Source: Octopus sinensis (lineage: Eukaryota). From it: a DNA stretch of 64,000 nt. Position numbers and translations under genes: made by a program. The DNA lies in contig NC_043009.1 of NCBI RefSeq assembly GCF_006345805.1, forward strand, positions 37,324,001 to 37,388,000, read 5' to 3'. Below are positions 1-13,400 of this stretch, one piece after another. Position 1 is the stretch's first letter, and the number at the start of each line of letters is the position of its first letter. Under the pieces are notes generated by a model. It did no database searches and was not told the DNA's origin. It was given only the letters and a program-made list of their open reading frames with translations.

Positions 1-479
1 TCTAGATATCGATACCTTTGAAATGTTCGACGTCTCACGTTCGGCCACTGAACTGTGAACTCTTTCACCATGTATTTTCTATATATATATGCATCTTCAC
101 ATACTTTACCATCATATACCTAAACTTTTCAGCGATTAGTGTAGCTATTGCAGAGATAATAATTATTCAATATTTTTTTAAAGACTTACAAAACTCTTAC
201 TTTGTATTCTTGATTTTTCTCATTACTTTTCACGTCAATTTTTTTTTTTTTCATGTTTAGGAGTATTGCTTCCATTTAAAAAGAAGTCATTTTTAACGTC
301 TTCTGTTAACACTCGTTTATGCAACAATATATTATTATCTTCTTATTGTGATTGCTGTTCTGATGGGGTTTTATTGCAAATGATCTCGTTTTCTTCTTTT
401 TTTGTTTTCTATGCTTTATGGCAGCAAATCTATGTGCGTCTCTATATTTCCATCTTCTGTCTGTTACTGCAAATATTTT

Positions 480-706
480 TCTCATGATGATCATCATCAG
501 CATCAGCATCAACATCATTACTACAATCACCACCACCACTGCCACCATCACCATTGCTACCATCATCATCATCATCATCATCATCATCACTTTTGCTATA
601 TTATTCATGCAAATGTATCTAGGGTCATATTATCAAATGCGTCCGTCTATTTTTTTTTTTTTAAAGATGGTAGGAGTAATTTGAGAATGACTTAGTTATT
701 TCAATT

Positions 707-737
<31 letters not shown>

Positions 738-760
738 CGATCCTCATTATCATCACCGCC
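480..760. repeat. (CAT)n/(CAC)n low-complexity tract
   Basis: Directly visible trinucleotide repeats. Confidence 0.85.
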
Positions 761-1116
761 ACATATTACCTAATGTGCCCTCCCATTCTTTTTTTTAAAG
801 ATGGCTGGGTAGATGTGAGAAAGATTTGATTATTTCTTTTCTTAGCAGGTTGAGCAAAAATGCAGAGCCTTTTTAGCTTATTATTATTATTCCTCTTATT
901 GCTGCCATTGCTGTTGCTGTTACATCTTTTGCTGCAGTTGACATTATTCAAATGAGTCTTTATTTTTTTATTTTTTAAAGATTTAACACTGTCTTGTTTT
1001 TCTTTGTATAAACATCAGATCTATTTATAGTAAAAAGACGTTCGCTGATCTTGTATTCTTTTTGCCTAAGATTTTCCAGGAAGGAAAAAAAAGTATGAAG
1101 AATTATTTACACTAAC

Positions 1117-1263
1117 CTTCATTATTCATGATGCTATTGCAGTCACATATGGACCATTTAGTGATTTCAAACTGTGGCATTATGTGGACGGCTTTGATCA
1201 TTTGCAGCGCTTTGTCATGGTTGTCGTTCCAATGGAATTGTAGCCTCTTTTCTGTATAAGCAA
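1117..1263 (-). CDS. Cys-loop ligand-gated ion channel (GlyR/GluCl-like) exon: loop B end, beta8-9 and start of loop C
   Basis: Acceptor ctctcgttacAG and donor G|GTTAGT; 147 bp, phase 1/1; reads (F)AYTEKRLQFHWNDNHDKALQMIKAVHIMPQFEITKWSICDCNSIMNNEG, aligning to the GlyR-type FGYTMNDLIFEW...LPQF...CTKHYNTG exon. Confidence 0.94.
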
Positions 1264-1298
1264 CTGTAACGAGAGAACATATACACACATACAATGTA

Positions 1299-1685
1299 AT
1301 GGAAGCACTCCGTCGGTTACGACGATGAGGGTTCCGGTTGATCCGACCAATGGAACAGCCTGCTCGTGAAATTAACGTGTAAGTGGCTGAGCACTCCACA
1401 GACACGTGTACCCTTAACGTAGTTCTCGGGGATATTCAGCGTGACACAGCGAGTGACAAGGCCGGCCCTTTGAAATACAGGTACAAAAACAGAAGCGGAA
1501 GAGAAGAGTGAGAGAAAGTTGTGGTGAAAGATACAGCAGGGATCACCACCATCCCCTGCTGGAGCCTCGTGGAGCTTTAGGTGTTTTCGCTCAATAAACA
1601 CTCACAACACCCAGTCTGGGAATCGAAACCGCGATTCTACGACCGCGAGTCCGCTGCCCTAACCACTGGGCCATTGCGCCTCCAC
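1299..1685 (-). mobile_element. tRNA-derived SINE, family A
   Basis: Minus-strand head GTGGAGGCGCAATGGCCCAGTGGTTAGGG (A box)...GGTTTCGATTCC (B box); near-identical copies at 26289-26675 and 44809-45198. Confidence 0.85.
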
Positions 1686-2201
1686 AACGTAATAAACTGA
1701 ATATGAGTGTAGAAGCAATCACAGCAAAGGAGTGTAAGACCTGTCACATAGAGGATTCGGATATCTATCTGACACATCAAGGCAGCGTGAAACTTGTTTC
1801 GTAGGGGTAAATTTTGGACGCACGTTACACCAAGACAATCTTCCTGTCTGGTAGAAATTATGTTGCAGTAAGTTAGTGGATTTTTTTTTACCATAAGAGA
1901 GGTAACGGAATGAGACAATCTGGTGCAGCTGTTTGGACGCAGATGCTTTGACACCGCTGACGCGAACTTCAGCCTCTTTGGTAATAGTACGTTTTGGCAC
2001 TGGAGCCAAAAACACTCATATACACATGCACGCAGGTGCAGATGTATACACATACAACTAGAAAGAGTGTGAGTGAGAGTGATGGGAGGGAGAGAGAGAG
2101 AGAGATTGTAATTTATTGACTGAACAAGATTGATATAAACACTTTTCCTCTCCTCATACACATATAGAAATATGCTGACACGCATAAACATACAGAGAGA
2201 G

Positions 2202-2235
<34 letters not shown>

Positions 2236-3120
2236 AGTGGAGCGAAAGAGAGAAACATTGAAAAGTCTAATGTCAAATAAATCAGCGTCGAATCAGCGAC
2301 ACCAAATAGGGACGCCAAAACAGCCGTGCCAAAAAAATCTGAAGTCCAGGAAGTAGGCGTGTCACATAAGACTGTAGTATTTTTCTGCTAGCAAATGAGG
2401 AGATACGTCTCAACTAAAGAAAATAGGATATTTTACAAACAGTAAAAGTATCTCATACCTGCTGCGAGGCGAGTCATTTACGTTAATGGGACTGAAATGT
2501 CTGTATGACATAAATCTTGTAGACGAATGTGTGTAGAAGACAACAAGAAAGCTATCATTTGGACGAATATCAGATATCTGTGTGTGATATACACTACAGG
2601 AAGAAATGACGAAGATTATAAAGTCCAATTTAAGAGGTAAGCAGGGTCATAAATTATATTGAGGACTGTAATAAGGCAAATAGATATATGAGATGTATCT
2701 CACCTTGATCATTGAAACTGGGACTAATTTGATGTCATATAGTATGTTGCTTGACTTCATGACTTCATAGCACCACTTTTTTTTAGTGATAAGTTTAACA
2801 TGCATTCCATTTAACACCGCCATGTGGTCCTTAGTATGTCTTTAACAGAGTTCATGCCGTTGCAAGCATTCGATCCAGAGACTCACCAGTTCTCTCTTCG
2901 TCTATATTTTTAATGCATACACTGACCTGCAGATACACTGACCTGTCAGATACACTGACAAGTCATTAGTCTAGTTAATGCTACTAGTCCAGGGGGCCTA
3001 GAAAATGTTATAGGTAAGTACTCCAACTTGGTCCCTGATTAACTTATAAAATATATGTATTGCGTAGATAAATGAAACAGAATGATTATGGTGTAACTAT
3101 AAAGCATCAATGTAACTTAC

Positions 3121-3203
3121 AGCTTTGCAAATGAAGGTAACAAATCTGCTGATCCATCGGGTATTTTTGAAGTTGCATGGGACATGAGGCTCTGAGTGAT
3201 ATT
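3121..3203 (-). CDS. Cys-loop exon of the ligand-gated ion channel
   Basis: Acceptor tttttttaacAG, donor T|GTAAGT; 83 bp, phase 2/1; reads (R)ISLRASCPMQLQKYPMDQQICYLHLQS(F), a canonical C-x13-C Cys-loop with YPMD motif. Confidence 0.97.
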
Positions 3204-4157
3204 CTGTTAAAAAAATAAAGTTACCGGCAGTTAAGAGTTATGTTTAACTTTCATATATATTTATCCCTATTTTCTGTATAAATTGTGAATAAGCAAATGA
3301 GAGAGGATAAGTTTATAAGAATTCTTCCTTGGGCAATAATTGCTTTGAGAATAGAAGTCCTCAATAACCGATTTACGGAAAAAATGACGGGAATTCTCAA
3401 GAATCGATTCTGATTGTTAAATCATTTTAAAATGTATATTGTTTTCACAACTTTTATTTTCGTTTTGCAGCTTTAACGAGAAATTCAAATATTAATCAGT
3501 GTACATAAATAGTAAAAGCGTGAAGGAAAAGTCGTTTTTTCTGTTTTTTTTTTTTAGAATGAAAATAGAAAATCAATAAAGTTATTGAGGTGAAATGGTT
3601 TCAATCAGGAAACGGATGACAGGCTCGATTAAGCTCATGAGAAATTTACCTCATGAGAAATTTACCCCGTGTTCCCAAGAATTCAGTGCAACACGAAAGA
3701 TATAGAGAACTATGGAACAAATTACACTTTTCTTGGCACAAAGCAAGATTAAGTGACAGTAAATTTTTTATTAGTAATTGGTTTCAATGCTTAATGAACT
3801 GGGTGACGAATTAATTAATTATTTGATTAATTGATCACTTAAATTAGAAAGATGGAGATAGCTGGTGTCATTTCTGACAAGCAAAAATGATTAGGATTTC
3901 GCGCTATGGAGATACTTGTGTTTGTACCAGACGTTGCCACTTTATGAGCGTTATTGGTTTAGTCTGGAGGAATAGACTGTATTCATGGCCTTCCCCGGCA
4001 TTCAAAAAGCGATGTAGTAAATACTTTTGAACAGTTAAAAAACTGATAGCTGCAGAAAAGCTAGATATGAGACGGGTATCCTCAAAGATGAACTTTCCGA
4101 GGAAGCAGGAATGGGCTCAGTGATTGGTGTAATATTTGAAGTTGAACATAATATGGA

Positions 4158-4622
4158 CTAGCAGCATAGCCCGGCGTTGCCCGGGTATGTAGGAGCCCCT
4201 AGTAGGCAACGACTAATCCCAATCTAGTCCTTTCCCTCTAGGGAACGAAGGCGCATGTGTAGGTTGCAATGTCTTCTCTTCACTCGAATACTTCTGTGTA
4301 TACGATGTTCCTAGCTGTCCCTTTGGGCGAAAACATGAAAACATCATTGCGCCTCCCAACGCGTGAACAGTCCACGTACAGCCCAGAAAATGTGTTGCAT
4401 ATAGAAAGCTTAGATTCTCGACCCCATGTCGAATTTATCGATTTTTTCAGAACTGGGGGAACTTTTCAAAATTTTCGCTGCGTTAGTTTTGAATTATGAC
4501 ATTGGGCTATGTGTTTGTCAAGTTTCATCAGAATCGGTTGAAAGCCGTGGTCAGGGTGAGGGTACAACCTGACAGACACACAGACACACAGACAGACAAA
4601 CTGCCGTTTATATAGAGAAAGA
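4158..4622 (-). mobile_element. Non-autonomous Helitron
   Basis: On the minus strand A|TC...CTAG|T insertion signature, with GC hairpin CCCGGGCAACGCCGGG (4170-4185) 12 nt before the 3' CTAG. Confidence 0.8.
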
Positions 4623-4899
4623 TAACGATATGCAAAGAGACGAGGGACTCTGGTGGATCTCAGAGGATGCGTACGAAACCAACCATCTCCGAGGAACAGA
4701 GGCCATTGTAGCTGTAATACAGAAGACGGCGAGAAGAAACGGTAAGTTTCTGGAGAAGAGCTTAAAGTACATCGGGAAGCGATTTCATGCCACTCAGTCG
4801 GGTGACCTTTGTTTAGATGTGATCAACGATGTCCATATGTGTAATAGTAAGTATGGCAGCAATAATCCATTGTGAGTGTGATCTGAATATTTTTTTAGA

Positions 4900-5130
4900 G
4901 GGATAGTGGCTTAGTGGTTAGGGTGTTGCGCTCACGATCGCAAGATTGCAGTTTCGATAACCGGACCGATTGGTGAGTTGTGTTCTTGAGCAAAACACTT
5001 TCATTCACGTTGCTCAAGTCCATTCAGCTGTAAGTGACGGGCTGGCATCCTGTTCAGGGTGAATGCTGTGATTTCAGTCACTTGTACACTGGATAACCGG
5101 CCCAGTGAGTTTAGGACTCGAAACAGTAAT
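4900..5130 (+). mobile_element. tRNA-derived SINE, family E
   Basis: GTGGCTTAGTGGTTAGGG...TTTCGAT head plus TTGTGTTCTTGAGCAAAACACTT block; similar to 39454-39700 and to the head at 50790-50906. Confidence 0.72.
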
Positions 5131-5154
5131 GTCTAGGGATTGACGATGATGATA

Positions 5155-5575
<421 letters not shown>

Positions 5576-5954
5576 ATCTATTGGTGACCGAAGTATTTTC
5601 TGGCGTTCTGAAGAGGAAGACCAATCTTTGTAGTGCAGTCTTTTCCATATCAAGGATGTGCATTCGGCAAGAGAGATTCTCATAAATAGCGAGGTGTTAC
5701 AATTGCAACGACTTTGAAGGTTCTAGTTTCCTGTGCTCCGCGTCAGGAGGTGGCCAGGTTCAGTATCATTTTTTCTTGATATGTAGAGTAATCGCGACTT
5801 TGTGCTGTTGAAAAAAAATAATATTAGAATGACCTCACTGGATGATGTTTTTAAGATCTCTCGTTATTGAGTCACAGCAGATCAGATGCAAGGAAATCTA
5901 GTTTGTATGTAGATGGTGCTTATGAGAAATTGGAGGAATGAAGGCTGAGATCAA

Positions 5955-6297
5955 GCGCATTAAGTTAGGGTGTCATTGGAGACGGCGGTCATGGGATTGC
6001 ACCTAGAAAGTTACCGTCTGAGGCACAAGTTCGGGCAAGGTTGTTTATGGAAGACCAGCAGTCGCCCATGCATGCTAGTCTCCCCTCTCCACGCCACCGA
6101 TGTTATCCCTGGGAAGAAGAAAGGCCGATACAGCTTGGCACCAGTGACGTCGCAACTCATTTCTGCAGTTGAGTGAAGTGGAGCAACATGAAATGAAATG
6201 TCCTGCTCAAGAACACAACACATAACCCGGCCGGGAATCGAATTTTCCCTACCTCATGATTGTGAGCCCGACGATCTAACCACTGAGCTATTTGTTC
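5955..6297 (-). mobile_element. tRNA-derived SINE, family B
   Basis: A/B-box head near 6230-6297; body matches 19812-20010 on the opposite strand. Confidence 0.75.
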
Positions 6298-7689
6298 TTT
6301 AATGTATAAGAGGAGTGTAGAGGAATAACCAAGCCTAGGAGATCACCAGAGTTGATAGAGTGTGAGTGGGTTAGGGGGAGAGAGAGAGGTAGAGAGCTCC
6401 TTTAGCACACCTGACAGGTACGAGCTGACAGGAAACTACTAATTCAGATACTGATGGCTGGAACCTATAGATGGGCAATCTTGCTTAGACTTTAGCGCTC
6501 GACATAATGTTGAATGCATTGCTGATATCAAGTAAAACAAACGTTGTTTTCACCAAATTTCTTCAAGGTGGGAACTCATCGGAGAGTGACGTAGGAGAGT
6601 AGATCACCAGTAAATCTGTGTCATTGAAAAGTTGATGGGTGTTTGAAGTAAACTATGTCCAATTGACTACGCAAGCTTAAGCACAATTTTAGGTAGAAGG
6701 AAGTGGTCGATTAAATGGATTCAGTATTTTATTGGCGTCGGTAAGACGAAATAACTTAATCAAAACTTGAACTCAGAACGTTAAAGGGAAGCGATCTAAA
6801 TGCCGTATGGTATTTAATCTATCGGTATCCCCACTCTAACAATTTATTACTTCTTGTGTACATTGATAATTCTTTTAGACTGTGCCTCGAGGTCAGGAAT
6901 TCTGGAGAGGAGGGGTGTCGATATAATCGACCCCAGAACTTGACTGGTGCGTCATTTCATCAAACCCGAAAGGCTGAAATGCAAGGTAGACCTCCGCAGG
7001 ATTTGAACTTAGAACGTAAAGAGCCGGAAGAAATATTGCTAAGCATTTTGTTCGACACACTAACGATTCTCTCATCTCGCCGCTTTGTGGTGTACATTGA
7101 TAATATCGACATTCGTACTTAGCAACAAATTCCATCGGACGGAGAATGTAAGTTTGGTGTATCCGGATCTTTCTCAGGAACGTCAACAACGTCAGGGAAG
7201 TGAATTCGATTCGAACGACATTCGAAATCGATTTACGGACACATCTTATATGGAGAATGCATCTTGTTCTACGGCACTAACTAAATATATTTTCATTAAA
7301 CTGAATTAGAATTTAAAATTGAGTAGGCGATGATGGTACATTATTGGTATTTGCTTCTATGGAGATTGGTTTGATGAAAACTGACAAAGTAATTGGGATT
7401 TTGAACTTGGAACAATGATGCCAAGGAATAAATACCATAAAGTACTTGGTTTCAGTCTTTACTTTCTCTCTTTCGCTTTCTTTTTCTCTCTCTTGGGCAT
7501 TTCGGCATTTTCCTTCCAAGAGATAGATATAACAGCTATTGGTGGTGGTGTGGGGGGGGGTTGGTGGTTCTAGTGGTATTGATTATGGTAGTAGTTATGG
7601 TGATGCCATTGATGACACTGGTAGTGATATTGTAGTAAAGGTGGTGATGATAGTAGTGGAAATGGTAGTAGTGGTACTAATGATGATGG

Positions 7690-7738
7690 TAACTGTACGG
7701 GTCGCAGCAACAGCAACAGTAGTAGTAGTAGTAGTAGT

Positions 7739-7784
<46 letters not shown>

Positions 7785-7860
7785 CGTCGTCGTCGTCGTG
7801 CTGCTGGTGCTGGTGCTGGTGGTGCTGGTGGTGCTGGTGGTGCTGGTGGTGGTTCTATTA
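7690..7860. repeat. (GTA)n/(GTC)n/(GCTGGT)n microsatellite
   Basis: Directly visible. Confidence 0.9.
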
Positions 7861-8776
7861 GTACTGATAATGATGGTGTTTGTAATAGTGATGGTAGTGA
7901 TATTAGTAATCACAATACTGGTAATGAAAGGTGATGGTAATGAAGCTAGTACTAATGGTGCTAATGGTAGTGAAAGTGGTTTAGTCAAAAGATCATCTCT
8001 AATTGTACAAACTGATGGTTGAAATCATGCCAACCCCGTGAATCACCTAGTCTTTGGGAGTGCAGAGTTTCAAAGACATTTCATTCTACTTTTCTGTTAT
8101 TTTTACGTAAAACGGTAGGATTTGATGTGTCTGATTTGATGTGACGGCTGCTATTTTTAGCACGTCAGGTGAGTTTTTTGCACGTCGAGTGTCATCTTTG
8201 CTCAAATGGTGTTGACGATGGAGGCTTGTGATGATGGTGATGATGACAATGATGATAGTGATGTTGATGACGATAACGACGATGGTGATGGGGATGATGT
8301 GATAATACTAATAGTGATGGCCGTTGTTTAAACTCAGATCAGCCCTGACAGAGCAGATATAAACCAAATACATTCAAACCATAATTCTTTAATCTTTTTT
8401 AAAACAACAAAAATATAAGCTGAAATTATTGTGTTTCAAATTGAATCTTGAGGTTCCTAAGTTCCTTCCCCCTCTAGGTAAATGTCTCAAGTCCTTATGC
8501 AATAAGGCGGTCAAGACGATGAAAAATGTTCAGTGCTTTATCATACCTCTTTAAGGTAGCAAGCTGGCTGTATAGTTAGCAATCAGGACAAAATTCTTGC
8601 CGGCATTTCGTCCCACTTTACGTTCTGAATTCAAATTCCGCCGAGGAATACTTTGCTTCTTATCTTTTCGAGGTCGATAAAATTAGTAACAGTTAAGATC
8701 TATGGTTGACAATCGATTAGCACCGCTCCCCAAATTTCAGGCCTTGTGTTTATAATAGAAAGAGTTATTATCGTAC

Positions 8777-9003
8777 CTGTTTCTGTAGATAATTTTTCCG
8801 TTTTGGTAAAGGTGCATCATTTTGTTAGGAACGGTGACCGTGTGGAAGGTGGCCACTTTTTCATTGGAGATATAGATGTCAGGGACCCATAATTCGTCCA
8901 TCATTTTCACGTCCAACTCAAGTACCTCACTGTCGATCAGGTTATAGAAATGAAGTCGATGGTCAATCCATTCTTGTTCGACTACGAGGTTAACACCGAA
9001 TTC
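8777..9003 (-). CDS. Ligand-gated ion channel exon: loops D, A and E
   Basis: Acceptor tattacAG, donor AG|GTACGA; 227 bp, phase 0/2; EFGVNLVVEQEWIDHRLHFYNLIDSEVLELDVKMMDELWVPDIYISNEKVATFHTVTVPNKMMHLYQNGKIIYRN(R), with WxDxRL, LWxPD, NEK and FHxVTxxNK motifs typical of anion-selective pLGICs. Confidence 0.97.
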
Positions 9004-9168
9004 CTGTAATACTCACATAGAAACAGAAGGTTGAGAGAATGAGAGAAAGAGTGAATGAGTAAATGAATGAACGAATGAATGAATGACAGAAAGTGAATGA
9101 GTGAGTACGGAAATGAATGTAAAGAAGGTTAATGAAAGAATAGAGAAGAAAAGAAACGAGAGAAAAGC

Positions 9169-9221
<53 letters not shown>

Positions 9222-9222
<1 letters not shown>

Positions 9223-9741
9223 TCTGATCTTAACTGATTGGAAGTGTTATCATGTACATTGTTTTGTCTTGGTATAAAAGATGGGCTACAGCAAATATTC
9301 TGCTCAATACCCACAGATTTGCTTGTCAGTTGTTTGACCTTAACCAGTTGAGCATGTCCCTTAGTGGCTGACAATATGTGCATCTCTGATCACGAGCGGA
9401 AGTAGTGGGGGAGCATCATAGCCATGTGTTGAGAAAGATTCTATGGAGCTTGAATAATTCACCTCTGGAAACATAGGTGTTTCGTTCAACATCCTTAAAC
9501 AAACCTTATTCAAGGACCTTTTGAGCGGGATGGGTTACTCAACCAGAAGAAAATTCTAACTGGGCCCCACCTGCAAGGTCATATGCTGTTTATCTTCATA
9601 TGAGATCACCATGTCGCGCACATATGGTTGTGATGCATGTGCCTGGTGTACCCTTATCAGACGAGTAGTCATAATGGGTATACTGGGCTTCGTATATTTT
9701 ACCCCAGTGTCACTTTGATGGCATGCACTGCTCTCTCACTC
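9222..9741 (+). mobile_element. Interspersed repeat (probable LINE 3' UTR) flanked on both sides by (AAT)n
   Basis: Its last about 105 bp recur nearly identically at 40308-40412, also ending ...ctctcactc|aataat in AAT repeats. Confidence 0.55.
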
Positions 9742-9787
9742 AATAATAATAATAATAATAATAATAATAGTAGTAGTAGTAATAATG

Positions 9788-9860
<73 letters not shown>

Positions 9861-10152
9861 CGTTTCTACTGAAGACACAAGGCCTTGAAATTTTGGGAGA
9901 GGGGACTAGTCGATTACATCGACCCCAGTGTTTCACTGGTACTTAATTTATCGACTCCGAAAGAATGAAAGGCAAAGTCTACCTCGGTGGAATTTGAACT
10001 CAGAACATAACGACGGACAAAATACCGCTAAGTCAAAACGTAGCGGCAGACGAAATACCTAGGCTAAACCCAGAGAGGACAAACAAGGACAGACAAACGG
10101 ATTAAGTCGATTAGCATTATCAAGCAGTTCAATCTTAAAAGATCAATTGTAA

Positions 10153-10580
10153 AAGTGGGTATGTGGTAAGTAGCTTGCTTACCAACCACATGGTTCCGAG
10201 TTCAGTCTCACTGCGTGGCACCTTGGGCAAGTGTCTTCTACTATAGCCTCGGGCCGACCAAAGCCTTGTGAGTGGATTTGTTAGACGGAAACTGAAAGAA
10301 GCCCGTCGTATATATGTATATGTGTGTGTGTGTGTGCGTGTGCGCTTGCGCGCGCGTGTGTGTGTATATGTTTGTGTGTCTGTGTTTGTCCCCCCCAACA
10401 TTGCTTGACAACCGATGCTGGTGTGTTTAGGTCCCCGTCACTTAGCGGTTCGGTGAAAGAGACCGATAGAATAAGTACTAGGCTTACAAAGAATAAGTCC
10501 TGGGGCTCGATTTGCTCGACTAAAAGGCGGTGCTCCAGCATAGCCACAGTCAAAATGACTGAAACAAGTAAAAGAGTAAA
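10153..10580 (+). mobile_element. SINE family C (tRNA-like head, CCTTGGGCAAGTGTCTT core-like block, internal microsatellite)
   Basis: Homologous copies at 20248-20652, 32684-33040, 40988-41410, 55481-55727; 3' parts at 15470-15640 and 31600-31840. Confidence 0.82.
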
Positions 10581-10829
10581 AGAGCAAAAGAGTAACATAC
10601 ACATAGCAATAAATTTAAATACAGATTAAAATTAACCTTCTTATGGGCTGAATAAATTTATAGTATTGATATATACTGCTCCCAAATGTGCACCTATTCT
10701 CAGTAAACGGTTGGCAATATCAGTTGAGTTATTCCTCATCTAACTTCACAAAGAGACATATATTTTATAAGAACATGCCATTCTACAGTATTATATTGAC
10801 GTTTCAGTGTCTCAGAAAACTCGCCTAAA

Positions 10830-11227
10830 TCTTTATATATAAAAGTTGTGTGTCTGTCTCCTACGATTTAGATTCCTAACTACTCCCACATTTTGCGGTG
10901 CAGTTTAACCAAAACCGGGTATCTTATAGTCGTGATTCATATCGAGCCCTTCTGGGTATTAGCGCGTGTCTACGATGAGTCTACGATTTAAAAAAAAAAT
11001 TACCATAATTTTTTTCCATTTTAATGCATTTTTTTTGCTATTATATAAGGGAAGTAACTCTCTAAAAATGTCTACGATGAGTCGACGATTTAAAAAAAAA
11101 TTTACCATCATTTTTTTTTCCATTTTTAATGCATTTTTTTTTTGCTATTTTTTGGCTATAACTCTCTAAAAATGCTTATATAGTTATTTCCCTTACAAAC
11201 CCGAGCAACGCCGGGCGATACTGCTAG
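10830..11227 (+). mobile_element. Non-autonomous Helitron
   Basis: A|TCTTTATATATAAAA...CCCGAGCAACGCCGGG (11200-11215)...CTAG|T; internal about 100-bp tandem duplication. Confidence 0.82.
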
Positions 11228-11747
11228 TCAGATATAAAGTATATAGTTTGGCTCAGCTTTACTTCAACACCAGTACGTTTCTTTGATGCGGCATGTTTTC
11301 ATACAGCAACAAAACTATCAAATCTCAAATCTTCAAATGCAAAAATAATTTAATGATGATGTCTCACTCAGCATAGCCACAGCTTGAACACGTGAGAGAG
11401 TGAAAGTTTAAATGAGAAATGAAAGGAAAAGTCATGTCACGGACATAAACAATCACGTCTTTGGAATCTTCCTCTCGTTGTGCATATGGGTACTTCATTA
11501 AATTAAAGCAATAAGACTCAAAATGATTATTCTCTGAAATTAATGGCAGTATCAAATGTCCATAAATCAGGTTTACATGATAAAGTAATCAACTAACTTT
11601 CGACATTATAATAAGAAATATATTTCATATGGTATGTGACACCTATGAATAAATGCATAAACAAACCAGTACACACAAATATGTACATGTATTGATCGAA
11701 ATAGATAAATACATGCATACATATATACACACACATATATATATATA

Positions 11748-11811
<64 letters not shown>

Positions 11812-11848
11812 TATATATATATGGATACATATGGATACATATATGTGG

Positions 11849-11879
<31 letters not shown>

Positions 11880-12027
11880 AGTAAAAGCAATTAAGATTCA
11901 AGTGAGTTCTGTTGAACTCACATGAATGCGGTACTTAACTTAGATGCACTAGAAATCTATATGGTATTAACCATAAGATAATGCGGGGTGATTGTAAACA
12001 AGAAAAAAGCAACAAAATGGATCAGTA

Positions 12028-12117
12028 TTTCGGTACAATTGTTTCATACGAAGACCAGCTTTATTAAGGCTGCAAATATTGCAGCAAAAATAAGTGACTC
12101 GTACTCATCAGCCAAAA
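12028..12117 (-). ncRNA. Type I hammerhead ribozyme motif (inverted copy; sense to host pre-mRNA)
   Basis: Reverse complement of the 12182-12271 motif with core and stems intact. Confidence 0.7.
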
Positions 12118-12181
12118 ACACATCTGAGTTCTCCATGAGTGTAGCCTCACCCCCTTAGATGTTTGGAGAACTCAGATGTTT

Positions 12182-12271
12182 TTTTGGCTGATGAGTACGA
12201 GTCACTTATATTTGCTGCAATATTTGCAGCCTTAATAAAGCTGGTCTTCGTATGAAACAATTGTACCGAAA
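12182..12271 (+). ncRNA. Type I hammerhead ribozyme motif
   Basis: Stem I UUUUGG/CCGAAA, CUGAUGA (12188-12194), stem II GUACGAG/UUCGUAU with a long insert, GAA, palindromic stem III ACAAUUGU, predicted cleavage after A12265 (GUA). Confidence 0.7.
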
Positions 12272-12299
12272 TACTGATCCATTTTTGTTGCTTTTTTCT

Positions 12300-12302
<3 letters not shown>

Positions 12303-12344
<42 letters not shown>

Positions 12345-12593
12345 ATACATACACATACGGTCACATTTATATATGCATATACTTTTAGAAAGTATGGATG
12401 TACATACATGCATATATATGTATCTTTGTTTGAAACCGGTTCCTTCTTTACATGAAGATTTCCTATAACTATAATTAGAAGAGATTACACACACACACAC
12501 ACGTACACACACACATAAATACACACATGCACATACCCACACACACACACACACACCACACACACACCACACACACACACACACAAATATATA

Positions 12594-12660
<67 letters not shown>

Positions 12661-13313
12661 TAAATATATATACATATATAGCCTGAAAACCTATTCATCA
12701 CTAGGGAAACCACAAACATGTAAGATACAGAAAGAACTTCAGATAACAAATATAATATTGAAGCTCCAATCCAAACATGATAAATTAAACTTGAACTTTC
12801 GTATCTTTGATATAGCACGTTTGAAGAATAAGTTGTTACCTTCTCTCACACCCTCTCACACACAAGCGTACCCACAAACACACACGCATACCAACAAACA
12901 CACATACTCACACAAACACACACGTATTACTGGAAACCTCATTAAAATAAACTAGCAGACCTGTAAGCTACAGAAAATATTTTAAACTAAAGTATTCCAG
13001 AAACTTCAATGAAAAGCATGAAACATTAAATTTGAACACGGTAATGGCCTATGTATGCATACATACATACATACATACATATATATATATATGTATGTGT
13101 ATGTATGTATGTATAAATGTATGTATGTGTGTATGTATGTATGTATGTATGTATGTATGTATGTATGTATGTATGTATGTATGTATGTATGTGTGTGTGT
13201 GTATTTAAGCATTACATGTATGCATTTATTTTAAGTAGTCTCATTGAAATGGCTTCAGTTTGGTGTGGACTACTTTCTAACGATGATCTGACGTCGAAGA
13301 GACTGTTGTACAA

Positions 13314-13344
<31 letters not shown>

Positions 13345-13400
13345 TGTATGTATGTATGTATGTATGTATGTATGTATGTATGTATGTTTGTATGTATGTC
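12303..13400. repeat. Cluster of (TA)n, (CA)n and (TATG)n microsatellites
   Basis: Directly visible, interspersed with short unique segments. Confidence 0.9.

Larger units (their letters stand above)
11998..12302. repeat. Near-perfect 138-bp inverted repeat (28-nt spacer), each arm carrying a hammerhead motif; Penelope-type inverted terminal structure
   Basis: 11998-12135 is the reverse complement of 12164-12302 with about 3 differences. Confidence 0.85.

Noticed and set aside
1-1116. Search for the M1-M3 transmembrane exon
   Set aside because: No YxCL...GYY...YIPS-like frame was found; it must lie beyond position 1.
1719-2015. 98-aa minus-strand ORF in the 1264-3120 intron
   Set aside because: No pLGIC or TE motif recognised; the flanking exons already splice in frame without it.
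4630-4875. 81-aa ORF with a GTAAGT donor-like site at 4741
   Set aside because: Antisense to the host gene with no recognisable domain; it flanks a Helitron that interrupts what looks like decayed LINE sequence.
5607-5650. CTGAAGA followed by a GGAAGAC/GTCTTTTCC stem
   Set aside because: Not followed by GAAA, so not a hammerhead.
5580-5760. LSCRMHILDM in a minus-strand frame, resembling a Cys-loop start
   Set aside because: Lacks the xPxD and second Cys and has no fitting splice sites; the true Cys-loop exon is 3121-3203.
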